DNA from: an uncultured Planctomycetaceae bacterium
GTDB lineage: Bacteria; Planctomycetota; Planctomycetia; Planctomycetales; Planctomycetaceae
Reading direction: 5' to 3'
Assembly (NCBI GenBank): GCA_937901285.1
Contig: CALCHI010000240.1
Coordinates: 1-50,999, forward strand
DNA length: 50,999 nucleotides
Of this stretch, positions 1 to 8,334 are shown piece by piece. Numbering within the stretch: position 1 is the first letter of the stretch; each line of letters starts with the position of its first letter. The notes beneath the pieces are model-generated. The model had not been told where the DNA came from. It saw only the letters and a list, made by a program, of their open reading frames with translations, and ran no database searches. The position numbers and the translations under genes are program-made.

Positions 1-856
1 GGACATGCTCATGGATGTCCCGCTGCAGGTCAGCCAGCACTTCGACAGATTCGACGGCACTGGCGATGTCGTCCGAACGGGTCCTGAGAGATTCTCCCAG
101 GGCCAGGAGCGTGGAGAGGTTCTTGTCGGCGACGGCGACATCCGACGCGTGGGTGTTGAGCGAATCTTGCAGGAGCACCAGTTGATCAAGCGTCGCGCGG
201 GCCTCGTCGGTGTCTTCGCCCCCATGGAGGATCGCGTCTCTCAGTTCGACGAGTTGTTCGATCTGGTCGTGGGCCTGGTCGAGATCATCGGCGACGCCCT
301 GCAGTCGAGTCACCTCGGCCACGGCGCGGTCTGTCCGTTCGACGCCCGTGACCGCCACGTCACGCAACTGAACAAGCCGGTTCAGGGCGGTCATGGCTGC
401 TCGGTGACCGGCACTCTCGTCGACGATCCGGTTCTGCAACGCGGACAACTGCACCAATACGCCACGTGTCTCGTCGAGTCCGGCCGCAGCGTTTTCGACC
501 TGCTCGCGGAAATCCTGGATCGTCTCGATCGCGGTTCGGGTCGCGTCCAATCGGTCGGACTGGTCCTGGATACCGGCCAGCAGGTCGCTTGTTTCCCAGA
601 CCGCATCGCGGGCACCCACCAGGTCGGTCATGTCCTGCTCGACGCGAATGAGGTTCTGCTGGACACCGGCCAGTTGGCGGGCCAACGGCTGGGTCACCAG
701 CATCTGGATCCCCACCAGGGCCAACACGACCGCCCCGCCGGCGATCCACCAGGTCCGGTGCGTTGTTGCGGCGTCCGGAACAGAAGGCGAGGTCGAGTCG
801 TTCACCGGCACAGGCGAGGTGTTGGAGACATCGTGGTCGTGTCGTTGACTTGGCAT
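1..856 (-). CDS. Hypothetical membrane-anchored coiled-coil protein (3' end truncated by window edge)
   Basis: Absent from the ORF track because it leaves the window without a stop. Manual reverse-complement translation from ATG (854-856) gives MPSQRHDHDVSNTSPVPVNDSTSPSVPDAATTHRTWWIAGGAVVLALVGIQMLV..., then an L/Q/D/E-rich heptad-like sequence down to position 1 with no stop. Third codon positions are strongly G/C. One TM helix followed by coiled coil. Confidence 0.6.
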   Translation of the reverse strand, partial: MPSQRHDHDVSNTSPVPVNDSTSPSVPDAATTHRTWWIAGGAVVLALVGIQMLVTQPLARQLAGVQQNLIRVEQDMTDLVGARDAVWETSDLLAGIQDQSDRLDATRTAIETIQDFREQVENAAAGLDETRGVLVQLSALQNRIVDESAGHRAAMTALNRLVQLRDVAVTGVERTDRAVAEVTRLQGVADDLDQAHDQIEQLVELRDAILHGGEDTDEARATLDQLVLLQDSLNTHASDVAVADKNLSTLLALGESLRTRSDDIASAVESVEVLADLQRDIHEHV

Positions 857-1241
857 CGCTGTTTTCCTCGTCGGTGTTCGTCGTGTTGCTGTGCCGCTGG
901 TCGCTTTTACTTCTCTGTCACCGTCACCGGTTGTCGCGCGGTCAGTTCCCACGCAGGACAAGCCGGCGAATTGCCCCTCCCAATCCGCATATCCGGACAT
1001 CTTTGGTCCATGCGGAATGTCTACGTCTGTTATCCATACTGTGCAGACTGGGTATCTACCGCTTTATCGCCATATTTCCATTTGGGATTGTGGGAGATTC
1101 CTGGAAGATCAGGTGGTCGAGCGAATCGGGCAGAGGCGAGCAGATCAAGCGGACTGGTGCGTGAAATCGGCACGAGTTGAATGACCGGTCGCGAGACCCA
1201 ATGATGGGGGCGTCGAGTGAGTTGGATATGGGAGAGAGAAC

Positions 1242-1730
1242 GTGGACATCGCGGTGCGGGGTGCGGTGGCTGGAGATATCCGGTTGCTGGTGGACTTCAA
1301 TCTGAGGATGGCCGAGGAAACCGAAGGGAAGTCACTGGACGGTGCGACTTTGAATGCCGGGATCGAGGCGGTCGTAATGGGGGCCGAGTCGGACGGCGTA
1401 CCAACCGGACGGTATCTGGTGGCGGAGGTCGACGGTCGTGTGGTGGGGGCGTTGATGCACACCTGGGAGTGGAGCGATTGGCGGAACGGGGTGGTGTGGT
1501 GGTTGCAGAGTGTGTTCGTGGAGCCGGAATTTCGCCGCCGCGGGGTATTCCGATTGCTCTACGAAACACTCCGCAGCGAGGCCCGAATCGACGAACGGGT
1601 GGTGGGATTGCGTCTGTACGTGGAGCGTGACAACCGTGGGGCGCAGGCGACATACGCCCGGTTGGGGATGTCCTCGAGCGGTTATACCGTCATGGAGGAA
1701 CTGTTCACCGAGGCCCCCGAAAGGGGCTAG
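1242..1730 (+). CDS. GNAT family N-acetyltransferase
   Basis: 162 aa. GTG start preceded by GGGAGAGAG. GNAT motif-A-like acetyl-CoA site VFVEPEFRRRGVFRLLY. Size typical of a single GNAT fold. Confidence 0.85.
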   Translation: MDIAVRGAVAGDIRLLVDFNLRMAEETEGKSLDGATLNAGIEAVVMGAESDGVPTGRYLVAEVDGRVVGALMHTWEWSDWRNGVVWWLQSVFVEPEFRRRGVFRLLYETLRSEARIDERVVGLRLYVERDNRGAQATYARLGMSSSGYTVMEELFTEAPERG

Positions 1731-1829
1731 CAGAGGAAATGTGAGCCCGTATTACTGGCGAGGCAGACCGTGTTTGACGAGTATCGTGGAGACCGACCGC
1801 TTCGGTGACCAATCACAGGAGAGACAGTT

Positions 1830-2552
1830 GTGATCGATGATGTACGAGACGAGCAGGTGTTGGTGGGAAAACACACGCGACGGGAATTCCGTCAGCGAAT
1901 GGACGGGGGTGAGTTGAAGGCGTGCATCATCCCGGTGGCTGCGACCGAGCAGCATCTCGAGCACCTGTCGATGGAGCACGACTGGCGGAGTTGCATGCAC
2001 GTGTCGATGGAGGTGGCCAAGCGGCTGCATCCGGGCGTACTGGTGGCTCCGTCGATGAACATCGGGATCAGTGAACACCACATGCGTCATCGTGGGACGC
2101 TCTCGGCGATGCCGGGCAGTTGGCTGGCGGTGCTCTTCGACACGATTCGCAGTATGCACAGTGCCGGTTTCGAGCACATCCTGGTGCTCAACGGTCACGG
2201 CGGCAACGTGGCTCCCTGCCAGGGCATCTGGGGTCAGTTCTTGCAGCGTCTGGAGACCAACCTGCAGTTCCACAGCTACTGGGACTTTCTCGACGACGAG
2301 GCGGTTTCGCCGTATCTGGAGACCGGTCGGTTTCCCGGTCACGCCCAGGAATTCGAAACGGCGTTTGCCCTGGCGGTGTTTCCTGAGAACGTCCGCGAGG
2401 ACGCGATGCAGGACCAGGAGGACAAGGAGCCGTTGTCGGCGACGGCCGAGAACGGTGCCGCGATGGTCGAGACGATCATCACCCGGGTGGCTGCTCACGT
2501 GCAGGCGATGATCGACGGCGAAAGCGTCGCCGACGTGCCCGCGTTTCACTGA
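1830..2552 (+). CDS. Creatininase (creatinine amidohydrolase/MftE/ArfB) family protein
   Basis: 240 aa. Family motifs VAATEQHLEHL and LVLNGHGGN. AGGAGAG SD-like sequence before the GTG start. Confidence 0.8.
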   Translation: MIDDVRDEQVLVGKHTRREFRQRMDGGELKACIIPVAATEQHLEHLSMEHDWRSCMHVSMEVAKRLHPGVLVAPSMNIGISEHHMRHRGTLSAMPGSWLAVLFDTIRSMHSAGFEHILVLNGHGGNVAPCQGIWGQFLQRLETNLQFHSYWDFLDDEAVSPYLETGRFPGHAQEFETAFALAVFPENVREDAMQDQEDKEPLSATAENGAAMVETIITRVAAHVQAMIDGESVADVPAFH

Positions 2553-2565
2553 GCCGTCCGGCCTG

Positions 2566-3405
2566 TTAGCGGCCCAGCCGTCCGCGTGCCTGCCACACCC
2601 GTTGGGCGGTGTTCGGCTTCATTTTCGATGAAATGGACCGCCGGGAGGTCACCGGTTGGGCTGCGATCGGGGCCGGGACCAGCCTCACCGTTGGTGGTTG
2701 TCCGGTCGCGGTTGTTCTGCGAGCCGGAATGCCAGGTGTTGATGCCGCCATTCGCTGGTAGGGCACCACGCGGTAGCCCAGCACAGAACGGTAGGTGGTT
2801 TGGGGCACTTGTTGCAGTGCGGGCCGCGAGACCCAGACCATGCGATAGGAACCGCGGTCGACCCACCGGGTCTGCCAGGTGGTCACAGGCACCTGTTTTA
2901 CGACCGTCTCTCGCTGGTAGATCACCGGAGGGCCGGTTGGTTGGATCGGGGGCGAGGGGTAGGGCACACCCGGAGTTGGCCGCATGGCGTAGCGGGCCAC
3001 TGGTGTGCGGGTCGCCGGAAGGGTCGCGGCCACAGGCGGTGCCGGCGGTGCCGACCGAAACACGGGCGGAGGCAGGAACGTCTGCGAAGGGATTGGCGGC
3101 GTGGTGGCCAGCGGAGCGTAGGGAGACGCGGTCTGCGGTGTCGGTTTGTGTGAAGATTGAGGTGTAGGCTGCGGCGTGGGGCGGTGGGCCGTTTGTGGGG
3201 TCCTGTGCTGGCTTTGTGCCTGCTTGGGATGGCTGCAGCGAGGTCGACAGCGGCAGTTGCTGGCGTGGGTTTCGATGATTTCGACATCCTCGTCACGGTC
3301 GCGTTTGAGGAAGTCGAAGATCCCGGCGGGGGCGATGTCGGGAATGGCCACGACGGCCAGGGACAGCAACAGTGGGCAAACCAGGGTTCTGGCCGAGAAC
3401 CTCAT
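2566..3405 (-). CDS. Secreted proline-rich protein with TPQ repeats and a YTV-like C-terminal segment
   Basis: ORF 2566..3519. I prefer ATG at 3405 (MRFSARTLVCPLLLSLAVVAIP, signal-peptide-like). It has a Cys cluster NCRCRPRC and P/T/Q-rich repeats (RTPQTAHRPTPQPTPQSSHKPTPQTA). The C-terminal segment RETVVKQVPVTTWQTRWVDRGSYRMVWV resembles the repeat protein at 39209..40438. GC3-rich codons throughout. Confidence 0.55.
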   Translation of the reverse strand: MRFSARTLVCPLLLSLAVVAIPDIAPAGIFDFLKRDRDEDVEIIETHASNCRCRPRCSHPKQAQSQHRTPQTAHRPTPQPTPQSSHKPTPQTASPYAPLATTPPIPSQTFLPPPVFRSAPPAPPVAATLPATRTPVARYAMRPTPGVPYPSPPIQPTGPPVIYQRETVVKQVPVTTWQTRWVDRGSYRMVWVSRPALQQVPQTTYRSVLGYRVVPYQRMAASTPGIPARRTTATGQPPTVRLVPAPIAAQPVTSRRSISSKMKPNTAQRVWQARGRLGR

Positions 3406-3615
3406 TGGCCGGGCGGTATCCTGCAGCGGGTCCAGCGACATGCCTGTCACTCCGTTGACGGACCGAGAGACTCGGTGAATCGACTTTTCCCCCTGTTGAC
3501 TTATCGGCACAACCGGCAAAGTCGCCTTAACCGGTTTTATTGGAATTGCCGGATTGCGTCGGTCGCGGGTCCGTCCAACAACGATTGCCAGCCGTTCGTA
3601 ACGGGCCGAATTGCG

Positions 3616-4836
3616 CTACGGCTGGATGGTGAATTCGCGATAGCGTGTCGCGGCCGAGGTGGGCTCGGCCGATTTCGCGTCGGTGACGTCAACTTCGAAG
3701 GGGCGTTCCAGGCTGTTGCCGGCCAGGTCTTCGAGTACGCTGCCGACGGCCAGTCGGTAGCGTCCAGGTTGCCAGGCCGACTGGGGGGTGAACGTCCAGG
3801 TCGACTCGTGGTCGTTCGTCTGGATAGTGCCGACGACGGGGCGACCCGCCGCGGTTTCGACTCGAACGTCACTGCGGAGCAGCGCCCAGTCGTGCGGGCT
3901 GCCGAGTCCACAGACGAGCGGCGAAAAGGAACGAACGGCCGGAACGGTGATTTTCCACTTGGCCAGGTCGGGTTGTTGGTGATCGGCGGGCCCGGCTGTG
4001 AATTCCCGGGTGACGGCGTCACCCAGGGGCGTACCGCGAGCTGAGGGCCAGTCGCCGGAGATGCTCAATCGGTACCGTCGGCCCTCGACGAGGATGGCAC
4101 CGAGTTCGACGTTGAGATTCACGCCCTGCTTGACCCGGCCGGGGTGAAACCACAACGTCAGCGTTCGACGGTCCCGGGACCACAACTCGGTGTGGCGGAA
4201 TGGCCGCGGCACCGGGCGGTTGTTGTCGAGATCGTCCAGCTGGAAATAGCCCCAGATCTCGCCAGGCTGCATCGGTTCGGAGAACACGATGTAGAACTTC
4301 AGGTGGTTAGCCGGCAGAACGGTGGAGGTGGGATAGACCGCCGTGACGGTGGGGGCCGGGGACGGCTCGGGAGCCGGGACCCGGTACCGACATTCCAGCC
4401 GATCCGCACCCTGTTCTGCTCTTCGGAGGAAACGGACCAGGTACTCCTGGCCGGCCAGGAGTGGGAAGGAGGGCGAGAAAGAGATTTCGCGGCCCGAGAT
4501 TTTCTCGATCGATCCCAGCAGGGGGGCGGCTGAACGCACTTCGATGAGACCTTCGAGTTGTTCGTCGGTCATCTCGTCGAATGCCGACCGGGCGTCGGTG
4601 ACCACGACGGAAATGGTTGTCGGATCGCCGGAGCCGGGTTTCACCTCCAGCGTGAAACGGCCGTCGGTAGCGGTCCACTCGCTCGTGCCGCCGGAACCGG
4701 TGGTGGCCGCGGTGCGTGCCACGGTCGGCGGGGGAGTGGGATCCGGCCGGCAGCCGGCCACTCCAGTCAACGAGACAACCGCCGCAAGCAGCAGGCTTGC
4801 GGCGGTCGTTCGTCTGATTGCCGAAATGCGGATCAT
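3616..4836 (-). CDS. Hypothetical lipoprotein (Ig-like/beta-sandwich rich)
   Basis: 406 aa. N-terminal signal peptide with lipobox LTGVAG|C. Starts 6 nt after the stop of the upstream gene. No catalytic motif recognised. Confidence 0.7.
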   Translation of the reverse strand: MIRISAIRRTTAASLLLAAVVSLTGVAGCRPDPTPPPTVARTAATTGSGGTSEWTATDGRFTLEVKPGSGDPTTISVVVTDARSAFDEMTDEQLEGLIEVRSAAPLLGSIEKISGREISFSPSFPLLAGQEYLVRFLRRAEQGADRLECRYRVPAPEPSPAPTVTAVYPTSTVLPANHLKFYIVFSEPMQPGEIWGYFQLDDLDNNRPVPRPFRHTELWSRDRRTLTLWFHPGRVKQGVNLNVELGAILVEGRRYRLSISGDWPSARGTPLGDAVTREFTAGPADHQQPDLAKWKITVPAVRSFSPLVCGLGSPHDWALLRSDVRVETAAGRPVVGTIQTNDHESTWTFTPQSAWQPGRYRLAVGSVLEDLAGNSLERPFEVDVTDAKSAEPTSAATRYREFTIQP

Positions 4837-4842
4837 CGGCGA

Positions 4843-5994
4843 TTACGGCAGGACGGCTGGCTCGAGGCTGAGCTTGCCCTTGGTGTCACGAAGCACGACG
4901 ACCTTGTCGTTGGCGAACTGGTCGATGTGTTTGACACCGAACAGCACGTCGAGGACTTCCATTCCCTCGGGGCCCTTCTTCTTCTTGACCGTTCGCCTGG
5001 CGGCCTTTTCGTTGATCTCCTTGGCTCCAAGGTATTTCATGTCAACGCGGCATCCCCAGTACTGGCTGGGTCCGATCGGCCGTCGCTTGTGGTGGAACCG
5101 GTCGGTGTTGGTCACCAGCCAGTCCTTGCCGCCCTTCTTGTAGATGAACATGTCGACCGGCCGGTTGCCACTGCCCAGTTCGACGACGCTGGTCCCCTTG
5201 ATCTTGGCACCGCTTTCGAGTCCGTCGACGGGGAACTTGGCGATCGGAGTGCAGTTGAACGATCCGACGATGTAGGTCTTGCCCTTTTCCTTGATCGGGA
5301 TAAACGACTGGATTGGGGCACGGGTTTCCCAGCGGCCGTGGGCCACGTGGAAGGTTTCGGTGCTGTAGACGGCGGCCGAGTTGCCGTGTTCAAGGGGGAG
5401 AGGAATCGAGTAGATCTTGCTGGCGAATTCGCGTCCGCTCTGTCCCGCAGCGAGCACGCGGCTGCCGGCCAGTTTCACGCCGGTGACGTTGCTGACCTTG
5501 GCCTTACCGTCGCCCGGCAGCGTGATCCGCACGTGGCGGGCCTTGGCCAGGTTGACGGCCGCCACCTTGCTGGATCCGTCGATTGTCAGCAGGGCACTGA
5601 TGCCGTCCTGCTTGCGGATCACCGAAAGATAGATGCGTCCGTTGATCCGGTTGACGACCATGTCGACGATCTGCACGCCGGCCGCCTTGGTGCCCAGTGC
5701 ACCAGCGATCAACGTGTCGATGTTGTCGATTCGCTTCTTCAGCGGCGTGGCCGACCCGGTGTCACCGGTGTCGATGGCCACAACTGAACCGTTTCCACGG
5801 TCGGCGACCAGCAAGACCCCGTCGGTTGCGAAGCTCATCCGTCCAATCTGCCGGAACTTCAGTCCCTTGGTCTGGACGTTTTTCAGAAGCCTGTCGGCAC
5901 CCTTTTTCGCCGGGGCCGCCGAACCGGTTATCGCCAGGACGCCGATGGTCAGCACCAGCCCGACAACCGACAACGTTGCGATCTTGCGTGTCAT
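4843..5994 (-). CDS. Hypothetical secreted protein (beta-rich, Lys-rich C-terminal part)
   Basis: ORF 4843..6099. I prefer ATG at 5994 (MTRKIATLSVVGLVLTIGVLAITGSAAP, signal/anchor). The 35-aa extension in the track looks like non-coding read-through. No recognised motif. Confidence 0.65.
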   Translation of the reverse strand: MTRKIATLSVVGLVLTIGVLAITGSAAPAKKGADRLLKNVQTKGLKFRQIGRMSFATDGVLLVADRGNGSVVAIDTGDTGSATPLKKRIDNIDTLIAGALGTKAAGVQIVDMVVNRINGRIYLSVIRKQDGISALLTIDGSSKVAAVNLAKARHVRITLPGDGKAKVSNVTGVKLAGSRVLAAGQSGREFASKIYSIPLPLEHGNSAAVYSTETFHVAHGRWETRAPIQSFIPIKEKGKTYIVGSFNCTPIAKFPVDGLESGAKIKGTSVVELGSGNRPVDMFIYKKGGKDWLVTNTDRFHHKRRPIGPSQYWGCRVDMKYLGAKEINEKAARRTVKKKKGPEGMEVLDVLFGVKHIDQFANDKVVVLRDTKGKLSLEPAVLP

Positions 5995-6099
5995 GTCTTG
6001 TCTCCCGCTCTCAGGGTGTTGGGGAACACGTGTGTATTGGAGGACCGACAGCATACCCTTGCCCGGTGGACTCGTCCACGATCCGGCACCTCGGGCCAC

Positions 6100-6714
6100 C
6101 TAGTCGGCTGTCGAGGTTGTCTGTGGCGTCGCCAGCCAGATGGTCCGCTGGACGAATCCCTCTGGCAAGTCCACCGGAGAGGTGATCAAGACGGTGGTGT
6201 TCTCCAGTTGCTCGAGCACTTCGCGGATCAACGTGATCCCCGCGTCATCGATCTCGGCCAACGGTTCGTCCAGCAGCAACAGCCTCGGCGCGATCGCCAG
6301 CGCCCGTGCCAGTGCGACCCGGCGGCGTTCTCCACCCGAGAGACCCTCGACCTGGCGTTCGGCCAGCTGCGAGATCCCCAGTCGCTCGAGCCATTCGCCG
6401 GCGATCCGACGCCGCGTGGAACGGTTGATCTGTCGGGCGGCCAGTCCGTACTCGATGTTGCCCAGCACGTCGCCGCGAAACAGCCAGGGATGCTGGTGCA
6501 CCAGGGTGATGTCACCCGACGCACAGTTGGAGGTGACCATTCCGGGAGGGACCGGTTCGAGCCTGGCCAGGACTCTCAGCAGGGTGGTCTTGCCCGTTCC
6601 GTTGCCGCCACAAATGCCCACACGTTCGCCGGCAGCGATCTCCAGGTCGTTGCCGGCCAGGATCGGGAGGTTGGCTCGACGGACGATCAGCTGGTTTGTC
6701 GAGACGATCGTCAT
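6100..6714 (-). CDS. tupC: ABC transporter ATP-binding protein, TupC-like (tungstate/oxyanion)
   Basis: Walker A GGNGTGKTT, Q-loop VHQHP, ABC signature LSGGERRR, Walker B LLLLDEP. ATGA overlap (6711-6714) with the permease gene. Short at 204 aa. Confidence 0.75.
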   Translation of the reverse strand: MTIVSTNQLIVRRANLPILAGNDLEIAAGERVGICGGNGTGKTTLLRVLARLEPVPPGMVTSNCASGDITLVHQHPWLFRGDVLGNIEYGLAARQINRSTRRRIAGEWLERLGISQLAERQVEGLSGGERRRVALARALAIAPRLLLLDEPLAEIDDAGITLIREVLEQLENTTVLITSPVDLPEGFVQRTIWLATPQTTSTAD

Positions 6715-7412
6715 GCGTCTCTCCGGTCTTCTTTTCCCAGCATGGCCACCAGCAGTGTCATCCCGGTTGCCAGCAGCAGCAGCAGGCCGCCCATCGCCAG
6801 CCCGACAGCGAACTCACCCCTGCCGGTTTCGAGTGCCGTGGCGGTCGACAGCGTGCGGGTTCGGTCCTTGATGTTGCCGCCGACCATCATCGCGATGCCC
6901 AGTTCGGTCGAGCAGCGGGCGAAAGCGGTCAGGATGGCCAGGATCAACCCCGTGCGGGCCTCGTTGAGATAGGTCAGCAGGCGACGGACTGGTCCGGCAC
7001 CCAGTGTCCGGGCGGTTTCCGGGATCCGGTGATCGAGTGTGGCGAGGGCTCCGTGAGCCAGGGCGACGACGATGGGCAGTGCCAGCAATGTCTCTCCGAT
7101 GACAATTGCCGAGGGGGTGTAGAGCAGGTCGAGCGGTCCCAGCGGACCACGCCGCGCCAGCAGGCCGTAGCACAGCAGGCCCAGGAAGACTGTCGGGACA
7201 CCCAGGGCCGCCCGGAACATCACCAGCAGCAGACGGTGACCAAAAAATCGGCGTCGGGCCAGGCACGTGGCAATCGGCAGCCCGATCAGGATGGCCAGGA
7301 CGACGGCGGACAGAGATATGCTCAGCGTGCGGAGCATGGCATCGATGATCTGCTGATCGCCGCTGGCGATCAGCCGGACGGCTTCTTGCAGACCGTCGAC
7401 CAGGAAGTCCAT
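6711..7412 (-). CDS. tupB: ABC transporter permease, TupB-like
   Basis: 233 aa polytopic permease. GGNIKDRTRTLSTATALETGRGEF segment is typical of TupB-type permeases. 1-nt overlap with the binding-protein gene. Confidence 0.8.
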   Translation of the reverse strand: MDFLVDGLQEAVRLIASGDQQIIDAMLRTLSISLSAVVLAILIGLPIATCLARRRFFGHRLLLVMFRAALGVPTVFLGLLCYGLLARRGPLGPLDLLYTPSAIVIGETLLALPIVVALAHGALATLDHRIPETARTLGAGPVRRLLTYLNEARTGLILAILTAFARCSTELGIAMMVGGNIKDRTRTLSTATALETGRGEFAVGLAMGGLLLLLATGMTLLVAMLGKEDRRDA

Positions 7413-8263
7413 CAGGGCGTGTCACGCGGGTGTGGGTAGAACAGCGGTTCGCCCTCGATCCGAAACGACCCGATCTTGTTCTGTACCTGGTCCGAAATCA
7501 GGTAGTCGGCCAGTCGGATCGCCATCGACACGTTGATCCGCTCGTGTTTTTGCGGATTCACCACCAGCACTCCGTAGGGGTTGTGCAACGCGGGGTCATC
7601 CTTCACCAGCGGAACCAGCGTGATCTTGTTCTTGAACTTCAGATAGGTGCCGCGGTCGCACAGCACGTGGGCCGCCATTTCGTTGGCGGTCATCAGCGTG
7701 TGCCCCATGCCGCGGCCGGTTTCAACATATCGGTCCCAGGTGGCCAGTCCCCCGGTATTTTGCCAGAGCTCGAGTTCCCGCTTGTGGGTTCCACTGTCGT
7801 CGCCTCGAGAAACGAACGGTGTGGCGGTGTCCCGGATTTCCTTGAACGCCGCCACGGCCTTTCGGTCCGAGATACCGACGGGGTCGGACGCGGGGCCGAG
7901 CAGTACGAACGAGTTGTACATCACGTCATCGCGGCGCATCGCATGTCCGGCCTTGAGGAAGTCGAGTTCACTCTTCCGGGCGTGGATCAGCAACACATCG
8001 ACGTCTCCCCCGGTCCCCAGGCTCAGGGCCTGGCCGGTCCCGACAGCGATCACGTCGACTCTCACGTTGTGAGCCGCCTCAAACTCCGGAAGCAGGTAGT
8101 CCATCAGCCCGGTGTCCGCCGTGCTGGTGCTTGTTGCCAGGCGGAGCACGCTGGACCCACCGGAGGCCGGGCCCGTTGTTGACCCGGCCTGTTCTTCGGA
8201 TCCGTCACTGCACGCTGACAACCCGAGCACGGCGGCTACGACGGCACCGAACACGAGTCGCAT
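7412..8263 (-). CDS. tupA: Periplasmic oxyanion (tungstate)-binding lipoprotein, TupA-like
   Basis: ORF 7412..8302. I prefer ATG at 8263 (MRLVFGAVVAAVLGLSAC lipobox). Anion-binding motifs LATSTSTADTGL and SRGDDSGTHKRE are typical of TupA-type binding proteins. Confidence 0.8.
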   Translation of the reverse strand: MRLVFGAVVAAVLGLSACSDGSEEQAGSTTGPASGGSSVLRLATSTSTADTGLMDYLLPEFEAAHNVRVDVIAVGTGQALSLGTGGDVDVLLIHARKSELDFLKAGHAMRRDDVMYNSFVLLGPASDPVGISDRKAVAAFKEIRDTATPFVSRGDDSGTHKRELELWQNTGGLATWDRYVETGRGMGHTLMTANEMAAHVLCDRGTYLKFKNKITLVPLVKDDPALHNPYGVLVVNPQKHERINVSMAIRLADYLISDQVQNKIGSFRIEGEPLFYPHPRDTP

Positions 8264-8334
8264 GGTGGAACTGATGAGGTGTCGGGACAACGGGGTGACC
8301 ACTTTGCTTCGGTGAGCGAGAGAAGATGAGCGGA

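Noticed and set aside
985-1015. Imperfect hairpin CCGCAT..GGAC..GTCC..ATGCGG in the AT-richer divergent region 857-1241
   Set aside because: The stems are short and interrupted by a bulge. There is no U-tract or recognisable riboswitch-like context. Too weak to call as a feature.
1242-1730. GNAT gene as a possible GNAT/RHH toxin-antitoxin module
   Set aside because: There is no small partner ORF with coding character immediately upstream or downstream. The flanking plus-strand ORFs (763..1164, 891..1184) look non-coding.
1752-2549. 265-aa minus-strand ORF opposite the creatininase gene
   Set aside because: The plus-strand product carries the creatininase-family motifs (ATEQH, NGHGGN). The minus-strand ORF has none.
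6554-6563. tRNA T-arm-like string GGTTCGAGCC
   Set aside because: It lies inside the tupC coding frame, with no acceptor or anticodon stem context around it. No intergenic gap in the window is shaped like a tRNA.
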